DNA of 64,000 bases from an uncultured archaeon (GTDB lineage: Archaea > Asgardarchaeota > Lokiarchaeia > Sigyniarchaeales > SOKP01), in the NCBI GenBank assembly GCA_964508365.1, contig CAZDTP010000011.1, forward strand, positions 1-64,000, given 5' to 3'. Position numbers and translations under genes: made by a program. The notes beneath the pieces are model-generated. The model made no database searches. It saw only the letters and a list, made by a program, of their open reading frames with translations, and had not been told where the DNA came from. Numbering within the stretch: position 1 is the stretch's first letter; every line of letters starts with the position of its first letter. This document shows positions 29,701 to 39,120 of this stretch, one piece after another.

Positions 29701-30099
29701 AATCACGAAATAGACGTTGACATTTTACCCGAACTCTATGTGAACATTGATGACTCCCGAATCGAACTGGTATTTACAAATTTAATCTCAAATGCAATTA
29801 AATACACTCCTTCAAACGGTAAAATTCAAATAAATATGCAGTCTGATGGTAAATTTGCTCAGATAAAAATAAGCGATTCTGGTGTAGGTTTATCTAGCGA
29901 AGAAATAAAAAATCTTTTCAAGAAATTTAGCACAATTGAATCCCCGCTGAAGAAGGATCTAGATATGGATTTAGGTAGCACCGGTTTAGGGTTATTTCTA
30001 TCAAAAGAAATTATTAAGCTCCACGGAGGAGAAATCTGGGCTGAATCTGAAGGAAAAGGAAAAGGTTCCACCTTTATAGTTAAAATTCCTGTAGAATAA
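26722..30099 (+). CDS. Soluble sensor histidine kinase with seven PAS domains
   Basis: Seven PAS repeats, each opening with [KQRN][YF][RK]xL/I. H-box SHELKTP, N-box NLISNAIKY, DSGVG and GTGLGL-type (STGLGL) boxes. No TM helix. Confidence 0.93.
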   Translation: MTHPNSRITESISHQDNYKLLFDKIPISIVLIDSNGQVVDINYATENIFGFERKELIGFEFSELFMLPAADKVPMNKVFDQLLKGGIFGPEDIQIYDKHKNLIWVNVIASKIEIEKKSYIQVLTQDISQRKILEQEVNESEKRFRVLYESSPISLTVTNSKGIILNINSATEKIFGYTKREAIGKKYTDLGIYSPEQIEIFKNNFKEALAGKKIKPQDIKIKRKDGTFAWINLQNSLKKINDEVLIEGIAQDITDRKNAEKKLRESEEKYRNLADSLPEVIFELDLSFIITYTNSIASKIFGYTSEEFKKGMIIFDFIPPEDKELILKQTKQIFRGEYIKPLQTWLKRKDGTLFFAYIHASRIFKENSVSGMRCIIHDITELKNSQEKIKESEEKYRLLSENAQDLITVIDNHLKIDYINAKAHKRLMGYSSEDLIGKKALDLIHPEDRELVIKALNERYSSIEARIRKKNGGYVWMDTSAEYYKNQEGKNYFLTISRDISERKEAAQKLIESKKKYKELANSLPEVIFDIDLNFKLVYTNAIASKVFGYSHEDFKKGLNAFHFILEEDRDEVISNLSLIFRGKTIDPLIMQLRKKDGTIFYGSINATPIHEGTKIIGMRSIIHDVTEMVKAEERIKESEEQFRTISEQSLMGISIIQEERIKYVNKTLAHLLGYSVEEMVNWGQGEFFKTIHPEDKRKIIELATKIENQDNANLQYYEARGIHRNGSTIWLEIYNKHIKFQNKPAFLVSYIDVTEKKKAKEELRQSEEKYRFLFEKSPVSILLMDTKGKIEDCNPALEKLIKYKKSELIGNKFGSLSFILPKYLPHLFKRLKQISDGETIPSIEIQLVKKDGSLVWVNYESSLVKVGDKTYIMVMGHDISDTKEIEIKLKELNEMRKEFIDRASHELKTPITTVYGAYQLLDLLHKDKFNPEQLELLEMASIGTKRIKKLVDDLLDVSQLESKSFKVNKSRANLSNIIINCIKEMKYFSNKRNHEIDVDILPELYVNIDDSRIELVFTNLISNAIKYTPSNGKIQINMQSDGKFAQIKISDSGVGLSSEEIKNLFKKFSTIESPLKKDLDMDLGSTGLGLFLSKEIIKLHGGEIWAESEGKGKGSTFIVKIPVE

Positions 30100-30230
30100 T
30101 TATTTACTAATCTCGCTTTTTTTCTAAAAATTACTCTATTCACTATGTTCAGTTAAATTGAAAAAACCAAATTTAATAGTATTAACTCTATTATTATTTT
30201 AAAGCTAAAATGAATAAATTGGTTATTTAG

Positions 30231-31235
30231 ATGCCTCTCAATTTTTACGATCCACCATTAAAAATATTCAGTTCTTCAAGTACTAAAAAGGGCGTTGAAA
30301 TTGGGGGAGCCAAATCGATTATAAGTATAGATAGTGACCATAATTTCTACAACGAAGGAAATGTATATACTGAAATGTCATGGGCTGCTTTCTACGAAGA
30401 GGAGGGATTAGAGGATTCTATTGATACTTTTACTACCACCGAATTTGACTCGATCCGAGAAGATCCCGAAGCATTAGTAGATACAATTGTAAAAATTATT
30501 TATCAGATTATTAATAACCAAAAAATTTTTTATGGTATCGCTGACTTTGAGGTAGACGCATTCTTAAATGCGAACACAACTGTGATCCAGGGATTGAAGT
30601 TAGATTACGATATCATCAATAAATTACTAGAAGCTCATAAAAGTACTAGAGAAAGAGACTTATTTCCAAAAATAATAAGTGATAATAAAGACATAATAAA
30701 AATTCAAATTGAATTTCAAGGAACAAAGAAAAAAAATGTTCATATCCAAGGCTCAAAATTAGAGGATTTGATAAATCAATTGCGGTTAGCAAAGGGATTT
30801 GCTGTTGGAATTGTATGTACGTCAAGAAACGCTGCGAATATGTATATAATTAGCGATAATATAGTGTTTAGTAAAGATGAAATCGCCGAAATTTATATTG
30901 ATAACGATAACATCAAAGTTATAGAATACGGTATAAAAAAGAAGTTACTCTTTCCTATTAGTTGGTTTAGGATTGATATTGGAATTCGGAGCTTAGAAAC
31001 TCTCGAGTTATGGGAACAAATTAAAGATAACCCAGAACTTAATAAAGCTCTTAGTCATTATGAGCGTTACATAAACGCATTAGTTTATAAAAAATTCAGA
31101 TCACAAGCTGAATCCCAAAAAATTGGAACGGATTCCGAAGAAGATTGGATGATTATGACACCTAAAGAGAGGAAAAAAGCCTTAAGAGATATGGAAAAAG
31201 CTATAGATATTCTAAATAAAGAATACAAGGATTGA
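30231..31235 (+). CDS. Hypothetical protein
   Basis: 334-aa ORF with normal composition. No motif recognised. Confidence 0.75.
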   Translation: MPLNFYDPPLKIFSSSSTKKGVEIGGAKSIISIDSDHNFYNEGNVYTEMSWAAFYEEEGLEDSIDTFTTTEFDSIREDPEALVDTIVKIIYQIINNQKIFYGIADFEVDAFLNANTTVIQGLKLDYDIINKLLEAHKSTRERDLFPKIISDNKDIIKIQIEFQGTKKKNVHIQGSKLEDLINQLRLAKGFAVGIVCTSRNAANMYIISDNIVFSKDEIAEIYIDNDNIKVIEYGIKKKLLFPISWFRIDIGIRSLETLELWEQIKDNPELNKALSHYERYINALVYKKFRSQAESQKIGTDSEEDWMIMTPKERKKALRDMEKAIDILNKEYKD

Positions 31236-31239
31236 GAAG

Positions 31240-31545
31240 TTAATCTTTTACTACTTTTCCTGCTTTAAAAAACCCATCTTTGGTATATTTAGCATTCATT
31301 AAAGCTTCTTTATTCGTTAGAGATTTCCAAGGAACGTCTTCTCTAAAGATGTTTTTAAGCCCTTCGATTGGATGCGTCATAGGTTTTACATTTGAAGTAT
31401 CTAGTGAGTCTAATTTCTTAAAATAGCTGAGGATGTCCCCTAATTCTTGAGCTAATTTATTCTTTTCTTCCTCTGATAATTCTAAAAGAGCTAACTTAGA
31501 TATATGTTCTAATGTTTCTTTGGAAAAAGCTTCTTTTTCTGGCAT
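31240..31545 (-). CDS. gatC: Asp/Glu-tRNA amidotransferase subunit C
   Basis: HISKLALL, LDTSNVKPM, FREDV and DGFFK motifs. Confidence 0.9.
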   Translation of the reverse strand: MPEKEAFSKETLEHISKLALLELSEEEKNKLAQELGDILSYFKKLDSLDTSNVKPMTHPIEGLKNIFREDVPWKSLTNKEALMNAKYTKDGFFKAGKVVKD

Positions 31546-31691
31546 ACTTTGATGGTTAAATTATTCACTAATATGGAAATAATAATTCTTGTTCCTAATT
31601 AAGCTTAATCCTCTAATTCTTAAGCTCGCATAAAAATTGTTCAATAAATAATAATGATAAGAGTTAATTACCTTTTTTTTTTAATTCATAT

Positions 31692-32045
31692 ATGACTGAC
31701 AAAAAAGAATTAAGAGATGAAATTCCTAGTTACGCATATATATCACTTGCACGAAGAGGTATGGAAAAAATTTCTCTAGATCAGTGTTTTTTGAAAAATT
31801 GTGATAATGATAGTAGAGAATTGTTAGAACCTTTTGAAAAAGAAGAATTTGAAGATGATAAAAAAAAAATTACGAAAATTCATATAAAATGTAAGAAGTG
31901 TGGAGGAATATTCATCTTAAAATTGGAAGATATTAAATCTGTGGCAAAATCTACAAAGGAAATTGAACAAGAACCACTTTCTATGGGATTGGTGTTCGCT
32001 CTAGATGAGGAGGGTAATAATTTAGGTCATATCGGTTATTTTTAA
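31692..32045 (+). CDS. Hypothetical protein with possible Zn-binding Cys pairs
   Basis: CFLKNC and CKKC. Confidence 0.65.
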   Translation: MTDKKELRDEIPSYAYISLARRGMEKISLDQCFLKNCDNDSRELLEPFEKEEFEDDKKKITKIHIKCKKCGGIFILKLEDIKSVAKSTKEIEQEPLSMGLVFALDEEGNNLGHIGYF

Positions 32046-32195
32046 TTCAAACGCAAGTTTAATCAAAATGTATATTTACAGGCTTTTTGTGTTTTAGTCA
32101 TTAGCAAAAATAAATAACTCATCTCTTAAGATATTAAATAAACCGTATCATATTTTTTTATTAATAGAAAAACCAATTTATAAATAAGTAAATCA

Positions 32196-32237
32196 ATTTT
32201 TATTTTATATTAAAAATCTTACGAGAATTCCCTAAAT
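32196..32237. repeat. Left copy of a 42-bp direct repeat flanking the TA module
   Basis: 38 of 42 positions are identical to 32848-32889. Confidence 0.85.
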
Positions 32238-32316
32238 TAAATCAGTATGGCAAAAAATAAAAGGGAATACGATACCTTATATTATAGATTCCTATTAATT
32301 ATTAAAGGAAAATATC

Positions 32317-32502
32317 ATGGCAACTCAAAAGGAAAATATCATACAAATGATAAAAAATCTTCCTGAGGATATAAGTTTGGAAGATATCATCGAAGCAATA
32401 TATGTAAGACAAAAAATTGAGAAGGGATTAAAAGATTCAAAGGAAGGAAATTTATATACACACGAAGAAGCTAAAGAACGCTTAGAAAAATGGTTAAAAT
32501 AA
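32317..32502 (+). CDS. Type II antitoxin (partner of the RelE/ParE toxin)
   Basis: 61 aa, directly upstream of and overlapping the toxin gene by 13 nt. Carries the KIEKGLKDSKEG..THEEAKERLEKW pattern. Confidence 0.8.
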   Translation: MATQKENIIQMIKNLPEDISLEDIIEAIYVRQKIEKGLKDSKEGNLYTHEEAKERLEKWLK

Positions 32503-32774
32503 AATGGACTAATCATGCCCTTGAAGAATTGGATGATATTGCAAATTATATCTTAAAAGATTCGCCAAAATACGCTCAAATTTTAGTAAAACAAATTTAT
32601 GAAATGGTGAGTCATCTAAAACAATTTCCAAAACTTGGCAGGAAAGTTCCTGAATACGGGGATTCAGATTTAAGAGAGATTCTTTTTAAAACCTATCGTA
32701 TTATTTATTTAGTCAAGAAGGAGCATCTTGAAATTATATCTATTATACATGGAAGTCGAAAACTAAACCTTTAA
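32490..32774 (+). CDS. RelE/ParE-family toxin
   Basis: IKWTNHALEELDDI...FPKLGR...YRIIY...IIHGSR. Confidence 0.88.
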   Translation: MVKIKWTNHALEELDDIANYILKDSPKYAQILVKQIYEMVSHLKQFPKLGRKVPEYGDSDLREILFKTYRIIYLVKKEHLEIISIIHGSRKLNL

Positions 32775-32847
32775 ATTCTTTTAGTCTAATAGTGTTAAAT
32801 TAATGGAGTAACCGATATTAAATGGTTAAAATTAAATCAATGAACTG

Positions 32848-32889
32848 ATTTTTATTTAATATCAAAAATCTTACGAGATTTCCCCAAAT
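32848..32889. repeat. Right copy of the 42-bp direct repeat; ends inside the MoxR start codon
   Basis: 38 of 42 positions are identical to 32196-32237. It contains the palindrome AAATCT-TACG-AGATTT. Confidence 0.85.
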
Positions 32890-34615
32890 GTCGACAGAAA
32901 CAGTAGAAGAAGAATTATTGAGGAAAAAGGTATGGAAAATAATCAATATTACCCAAGCGAATCAACTCTTCGTTCACTCCAAGAATCTGGCTATAAATTA
33001 TTATGACGAAGATACAGCTAAGGTTAAAACAAAAGTACTGCCAGAAATACTCTCCTTATGCGTTTTAAACGCATTAGTTCCAAATTCAGCAATGTTGCTC
33101 GTCGGCGGACACGGTGGGGGAAAAACTAGTCTTACAAAACTTTTAGGACGCATGTTTACTGGAAACTCTTTAAACGAGATAGAAAATTCAATAATCCGTG
33201 GCCATCCACAATTAACTGAAGAAAAGTTAGTTGGGACTCTTAAATTAGGTAAATTGATACATGACGGTGAAGAAGAAGTTGTATGGCGACAATTTGTATT
33301 GAACTTCTGGAAAATTATAGATGAGGTAAATCGATTAACACCTTATGCTCAGGATATACTTTTATCTTTATTGGCTGAGGGAACTATAAAATATTACGAT
33401 GAAATTAAGTCAATTGATAAATATTGCTTATTTGCGACAATTAATCCTCAAGATGTCGGTACGTTTGAATTATCTAACCCATTTTTAGACAGATTTGGCA
33501 TATCGGTACCAATTGTAATGCCTGCAAGTCAAGATTTAGAATTGATATTAACTGGCAAAGACGAAAAGTACAGTGGTTTCGACGAACTTATTCAAGTTCC
33601 CAAAGTTTTAACTATAGATGAATTAATGGAAATCTGGTATTTTGTTAATAAGATTAGCATAAATAAAGAAGTAAATAATTACATTCATGCTATCATAAGG
33701 GATTTTACATTATGTGAAAGGGTAGACAAAGGGAGTTCTGAAAATCTCAAGCCAAGCACGGGTCTATGTTCTGGATGTCACTTTAACACAAATCAGAATG
33801 TGTGTAATAAAATCGAGTCAATATTAAGCGTAAGAGCAGCAAAGGATCTCTTAAGGTATTCGAAAGCTCTTACATGGCTTCTTGATCTCGAAAAAATGGA
33901 TATAAACCTTGTAAATACTATAGCACCTTATGTGATTTCTCATAGAGTAAAATATACAAAAAGAGAATTGGAAAAATCACCTTATTGGGGGAACCCTTAC
34001 GATTTTTCTCGGAGTATTTTAGAACTTATTCAAAATCGCTTTATTAATCGAGCAGAATGTTATCTAATAGCTGAGCGTTTTAGAGACGGTGAGTCTAAAA
34101 GCGATGATTTAACCACTCTAAAGAACTACCAAAAGAACGATTTAATCGTTAAATACGATTTGATACCTTTTGTAAATTCTGTCAATGACAAGAAATATCC
34201 TAAAATAGCCCAAAAAATAAAGGAGGCTTCAAAGAACGGAAATATTGAAGTTTTAGCTAGTATTCGGAATGATCTAATTGAAAACATTGATTTTCCTAAC
34301 AGAGCCTATTTAATTAACTTTTGCAATCAAGAGTTATATAAACAAACAGTTTCAGATTACATTTTTAAGTATGTAAACAACAAAGAGATTTGGGCAGACA
34401 TAGCAAGCGAGTTTCCTAAATTAGATAAACCACTAAAGGAAGCTTTCATGCGGAGACAGACTAAACAAATTAGGACTGAAGATTTACTCATAGAGATCAA
34501 TGTTACTGGAACAAATGACGATTCTTTGGTCAATATTCAAATATCCGGAGGTTCTGAAGCACTGCGATTGAGAAAAATCATAGAACGATTAGATTATATT
34601 CAAAGGGAGGATTAA
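32888..34615 (+). CDS. MoxR-like AAA+ ATPase with C-terminal extension
   Basis: Walker A GGHGGGKT, Walker B IIDEVNR, FATINP and FLDRF. A vWA gene follows. Confidence 0.88.
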   Translation: MSTETVEEELLRKKVWKIINITQANQLFVHSKNLAINYYDEDTAKVKTKVLPEILSLCVLNALVPNSAMLLVGGHGGGKTSLTKLLGRMFTGNSLNEIENSIIRGHPQLTEEKLVGTLKLGKLIHDGEEEVVWRQFVLNFWKIIDEVNRLTPYAQDILLSLLAEGTIKYYDEIKSIDKYCLFATINPQDVGTFELSNPFLDRFGISVPIVMPASQDLELILTGKDEKYSGFDELIQVPKVLTIDELMEIWYFVNKISINKEVNNYIHAIIRDFTLCERVDKGSSENLKPSTGLCSGCHFNTNQNVCNKIESILSVRAAKDLLRYSKALTWLLDLEKMDINLVNTIAPYVISHRVKYTKRELEKSPYWGNPYDFSRSILELIQNRFINRAECYLIAERFRDGESKSDDLTTLKNYQKNDLIVKYDLIPFVNSVNDKKYPKIAQKIKEASKNGNIEVLASIRNDLIENIDFPNRAYLINFCNQELYKQTVSDYIFKYVNNKEIWADIASEFPKLDKPLKEAFMRRQTKQIRTEDLLIEINVTGTNDDSLVNIQISGGSEALRLRKIIERLDYIQRED

Positions 34616-34632
34616 TTTAATCTTTTTTTGAA

Positions 34633-36363
34633 ATGTCGAGATCTAGAAAAAAAAGACCAAAAACAATTCCAAAAAAGGAATTAAACCAAAAAGAACAACA
34701 TCTTATTGAATTAGCTAATATAGCTTGGGATAAGACTCAAAAAGCTTTATATTTTCCGCCTTTAGACCTACCCACCTTTATCTTCGACTACACTCACTTG
34801 GAAGGATTTTATATAGATCCCCAAAATAAATGGAAAATATCAATGAATTTAGCAAATGTTCCTATTTTCATTGATGATCAGGAATATATAAACTACTTTC
34901 ACGCCATCTCTCTTCATGAAGTTTCTCACTACCAAATTATTCCATATGACGGATTAATTAACGCAAGATTATTAAAGGCTGCTATGAAACATGTCAACGA
35001 AAATTTTGCTCCAATCGTCGTAAATGTGTTTGCTGATTTGATTATTGACGCTAAACTTCATAAAAAAGAACCAGATCTGATTGTATGGGAACTTAAAACA
35101 ACTTTTAATCACTTATTTGAAAGAAACAAAAACAAACTGAGCGAATTCTCAAAATTTCTTTTTCGAGCGTATGAAAAACTATTAAATATTAAAATTGTAA
35201 ATAGTGATTTATTTACGAGTGTAGAGAGTGTTGCGGAAAAAGTAGTAAATATCATCAAGAAAAATTTTGAAGACGATACACTATGGGAAGAAAAGGTTTC
35301 TAAAGTTGCTTATCATCTTAGAACACTAGTGAACAACACATTTACAATGGTAGGAGCAGGAGTCCGTAAGGGCGAGGGTAATACCAGACGAAAATCTCCA
35401 GGTAGAAGTAGTTCTACTGTTGAATTTCCAGAGGACATTTTAGAAATCATGGATAATCCACTCGAAAATAAAAATCTAGATAAATTGAAAGAAGACAACG
35501 AGGAAGATCTAAGGCAAAAAGCAGAGGAATTTGCTAAAGAAACACCTTATTCGAATTATGGGGCTCCTGCTGGTCAAGCAGGGATTCTAATTGATGGGAA
35601 TCCTTTAACTGCATGGTATAGAGGGCTCGCTAAGAATCTTATTGAAATTAGAATTTTTGAAGAAAAACCAGGAGGCCAGCTTCCAGTTTTTCCAGAAGTT
35701 TGGCATTTAGGAGAACCTATTGAAGATTTAGACATTGTTCAAACAATCTTAAATAGCCCAATAATCATTCCAAATATCACAACCCGAAAATGGTTAAAGA
35801 ATTATGGTAAGGGCCATTTAACTGAAAAACAGATTCCAGATTTACTCCTTGTTCTCGACTCTTCTGGATCAATGAACTGGAATTATTTGGCAAAAAGTTC
35901 TAGGGGCGTTTATCACACCGCATTAGTGGCTTCTTTTGCTGCTCTCCATTTTGCTGCCAATAAAGGAGCCAAATTTAGCGTAATCAATTTTTCTAATCGT
36001 GCTGATGTTTGTGATTGGACTGTTGACTATAGAAAAGCAGAACGGACTCTATTAAGATATCAGGGTGGGGGAACACATTTACCGATTAAAGATATTGTAA
36101 AACAGACTGAGAAATCAGAAAGAGATACCTTAATTTTTATTATAACTGATTTCGGAATATATAATTGGAATAGCGCAAAGAAATTATTTTCAAACTTATC
36201 TAACAAAGGACATAAAATTGTGGGCTTTTTTATTGGGAGCGTAAAAATTCCTAAAGAAAAGTTTAAAGATCTTATCGAGAAAGTAACATTTTATCCAATT
36301 AAAAACCCTAAAGATTTAATTAATTTAGTTATAGAAGAAGTAAAGAAGTATTATTTAGCGTGA
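34633..36363 (+). CDS. vWA-domain protein with N-terminal HExxH (metallopeptidase-like) domain
   Basis: LHEVSHY near the N-terminus. MIDAS motifs DSSGSM, GGGT and ITDFG near the C-terminus. Confidence 0.85.
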   Translation: MSRSRKKRPKTIPKKELNQKEQHLIELANIAWDKTQKALYFPPLDLPTFIFDYTHLEGFYIDPQNKWKISMNLANVPIFIDDQEYINYFHAISLHEVSHYQIIPYDGLINARLLKAAMKHVNENFAPIVVNVFADLIIDAKLHKKEPDLIVWELKTTFNHLFERNKNKLSEFSKFLFRAYEKLLNIKIVNSDLFTSVESVAEKVVNIIKKNFEDDTLWEEKVSKVAYHLRTLVNNTFTMVGAGVRKGEGNTRRKSPGRSSSTVEFPEDILEIMDNPLENKNLDKLKEDNEEDLRQKAEEFAKETPYSNYGAPAGQAGILIDGNPLTAWYRGLAKNLIEIRIFEEKPGGQLPVFPEVWHLGEPIEDLDIVQTILNSPIIIPNITTRKWLKNYGKGHLTEKQIPDLLLVLDSSGSMNWNYLAKSSRGVYHTALVASFAALHFAANKGAKFSVINFSNRADVCDWTVDYRKAERTLLRYQGGGTHLPIKDIVKQTEKSERDTLIFIITDFGIYNWNSAKKLFSNLSNKGHKIVGFFIGSVKIPKEKFKDLIEKVTFYPIKNPKDLINLVIEEVKKYYLA

Positions 36364-36366
36364 CTT

Positions 36367-36639
36367 TCAATGCTGTTTATTCATTTCACGCAAGTATTGT
36401 TTCATGAAGTATCTTTGACTTTCGCAATACATTAATCGTTGTTTTTCCGTTAAGTGTGTGCATCGTTGTAGCACGGTTTGAATTTCTTGTAAAAGATTTA
36501 GATTGGATCTTTTATTTTTTTCAGGAAGTTGATTTATTTTATCAACAATTTCATCCTTAAAATTTTCTTCATAAAATAAGTCTTTGAGATTGAGAATTGG
36601 TTCTTGATCTGTTAGTCTTGAGCTAATCATAATTAACAT
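36367..36639 (-). CDS. Hypothetical protein
   Basis: 90-aa ORF filling the gap between genes. No motif recognised. Confidence 0.55.
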   Translation of the reverse strand: MLIMISSRLTDQEPILNLKDLFYEENFKDEIVDKINQLPEKNKRSNLNLLQEIQTVLQRCTHLTEKQRLMYCESQRYFMKQYLREMNKQH

Positions 36640-36886
36640 TCCTTAGACATATTTTATATGAGATATTTTCTCCGCCTAGATATTCTGATAATAGCCTTGA
36701 AATATCCACATATATATAAAAATCAGAATTTAGATTCTTTTAAGACTTTATAATATGGTCGTAATACGTTTAGGAATTTTATTAACCGACTAAATTATTT
36801 TTTTAACCAAATCAATGAGAAAATAAAAATAATAAAAATAGGGAAAAATAATTTTTACAAAATCTATAAATGATATTTTATTCCAC

Positions 36887-37405
36887 TTAGAGAACCGCGA
36901 AAATTTCTGGAAGAAATAACCAGCCTTTTCTTTCGTGTATAATGTTTCCTTCTTCGTCTATAACGAATTGACCGGGATCTTGATTTTCCCAGCCTTCGTA
37001 CTCACCGTGGACAAATCCTCGTTCAGTTGCTTCTTTAAATTTACTCCTAACTTTTGCGACAGCTCCCGCGTTCATCAAACCCAACCCATACTCTGCGTAT
37101 AATTCTTTTTTTGAAGAAGGTATTACTGGAAAGTCAACACTATATCTTTCAATAAATTCTTCTGCAACCATTTCACTGGATTGAGTTATATAAAGCAGTT
37201 TTGCGCCTTTTTTTTTAATTTCTGGAACCGCTTCTAATAAAATATTAAAATCTAGTTGACATATAGGACAACCGAAATATCTTGAAAAAATCAAGACTAT
37301 TTTCTGCTTCCCTATTAATTCACTTAAATCAATCAACCCCGCATTGTAAGATTCTATTTTAAATTGAGGTGCTTTATCTCCCACTTTTATCTTATTCTTA
37401 ACCAT
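36887..37405 (-). CDS. Peroxiredoxin-like thioredoxin-fold protein (AhpC/TSA family)
   Basis: VGDKAPQF, RYFGCPIC and PGQFVID motifs. Confidence 0.85.
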   Translation of the reverse strand: MVKNKIKVGDKAPQFKIESYNAGLIDLSELIGKQKIVLIFSRYFGCPICQLDFNILLEAVPEIKKKGAKLLYITQSSEMVAEEFIERYSVDFPVIPSSKKELYAEYGLGLMNAGAVAKVRSKFKEATERGFVHGEYEGWENQDPGQFVIDEEGNIIHERKGWLFLPEIFAVL

Positions 37406-38174
37406 CTTTAATTTTCACTAATTTAAATTTTAATTAGTTTAAATCAACTTTTATTTTATATATAATTTTGTATCATCTTAATAGATTGCTTCTCGGTATC
37501 TTAAGATGGTTATCTAAAATGAATTAGCATAAAGAAAAGTAAATTTAAAATTAGAGTTTTTTGCTGTCATTAATGGAGTAACTGTCAATTACCAGTAAAA
37601 GCCAAGACTTCTTATCCAGATCAGAAAGAATAACGCAGCGAAAAAGGTCGTAAGTCCTAATATGGAAGATCTATTTTCCTTTATTAGTTCCTTTTTTTTC
37701 TTAATTTCTGTTTTATTCATGATCGATCCTTGAAAAACAGATTATTTATCTCTACAGATAAGAAAAAATAAAAATATGTTAGATCCGTCCTTTTCTTTTT
37801 ATTCGGGTTTCTATTTATTTTTATAAAACAAATGGTCACTGAATGCGAAGCTTTACTAAGGATTTGAATAATTTTTTGCTTAAATTAACACAAATCCCGT
37901 TTATAATGAGTGTTTTCTTATTAAAAATCAAATTTTGCATATATCATCATGATTTAATAAAAAATTTCAAATATTTCTGAAGTCTAAGAATTCTCAACAT
38001 TTAGTAATATTTTATTTGGAAGGTTGTTTTACTTGTTTCTTAAATAATTGAAGATAATTAATCCATTGAGAATTCATAAAAGGTTAATTTAATAGTGATA
38101 TGTTTACTAGAAATTTATTGTAAGCATTTAAAATGAAATCAAAAAATTAAATACAAATAGAATTAAAAATTAAA

Positions 38175-38996
38175 TTGCTTATTAATATAAGAGGAGATTT
38201 TATGGTAAAAAAGGAATATATATGTCAAAAGGGTAAAAAATCTTCAATTATCATTGAAGATCTGAAAACTGAGATTAAAGAAGGAGCATCTATGATTTTG
38301 GGATTTGCTGGGATTGGATTAATAGGACCAATCGTAGCAAATACTTTAATCGAGCAAATTTCAGACATTAAAGAGATAGGATTTATCATCAGTGAATATT
38401 TGCCTCCAATTTCCGTCTTTTACGATGGAGTATTAAAACATCCATTTCGATTATATTATTCTCCTATGCACAATCTCATTGTTGGGATATCAGAGGTTCC
38501 TTTTCAAGTAGCTACAGCATATAACGATTTAGCAAGGACCATTAATAATTGGTTATTATCTGAAGACGTTAAAGCTAAAGAAGTTGTAATTTTTCAAGGG
38601 ATTCCTAACCGGGGTATTATTGACGATTATCCTGTATATTATGCGGCGGAAGCTAATATGATCGAAAGTTTGGAAAAATACGAATTAAAGAAGGTAGAGA
38701 AAGGGATTATTGTAGGAGCTGAAGCGACAGTGTTAAACGAAGCTTTAGCAACCAAGTTAAACGCATACGCACTATTCACTCCTGTTTTAGAAATTCCAAC
38801 ACCTGAAGCTGCTGCGGCAATTATAGAAGTCTTGAATAAAATCTATAATTTAAATATTGAAACGACTAAATTAATTGAAGAAGGTAAAGAGATTAAGGCT
38901 AAAATGCTTGAACTAGCCGAAAAAGCTCAACAATATCAAAACCAACAACAATTACCTGATCGTCCTAAGGAAAGCTACACACAATATTTTCAATAA
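38175..38996 (+). CDS. PAC2-family protein (second copy)
   Basis: GFAGIGLIGPI, HPFRLY and PTPEAAAAIIEVL motifs. The real start may be the ATG at 38202, after AGGAG. Confidence 0.85.
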   Translation: MLINIRGDFMVKKEYICQKGKKSSIIIEDLKTEIKEGASMILGFAGIGLIGPIVANTLIEQISDIKEIGFIISEYLPPISVFYDGVLKHPFRLYYSPMHNLIVGISEVPFQVATAYNDLARTINNWLLSEDVKAKEVVIFQGIPNRGIIDDYPVYYAAEANMIESLEKYELKKVEKGIIVGAEATVLNEALATKLNAYALFTPVLEIPTPEAAAAIIEVLNKIYNLNIETTKLIEEGKEIKAKMLELAEKAQQYQNQQQLPDRPKESYTQYFQ

Positions 38997-39120
38997 TAAT
39001 TTTATTTCTATTTTTTTATCAGTTTAAACTGGAGAGATATTTTTTTTTATAAAAACTAATTTTATTATTATTCGGCAATTTTTCTTAATTAATGTTATTA
39101 GTAGGAAGAGGTCAATTTTT

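Noticed and set aside
32799-37582. Exact 14-mer ATTAATGGAGTAAC at 32799-32812 and 37569-37582, both intergenic
   Set aside because: Matches of this length are expected by chance in 64 kb of AT-rich sequence, and the flanks do not extend the match.
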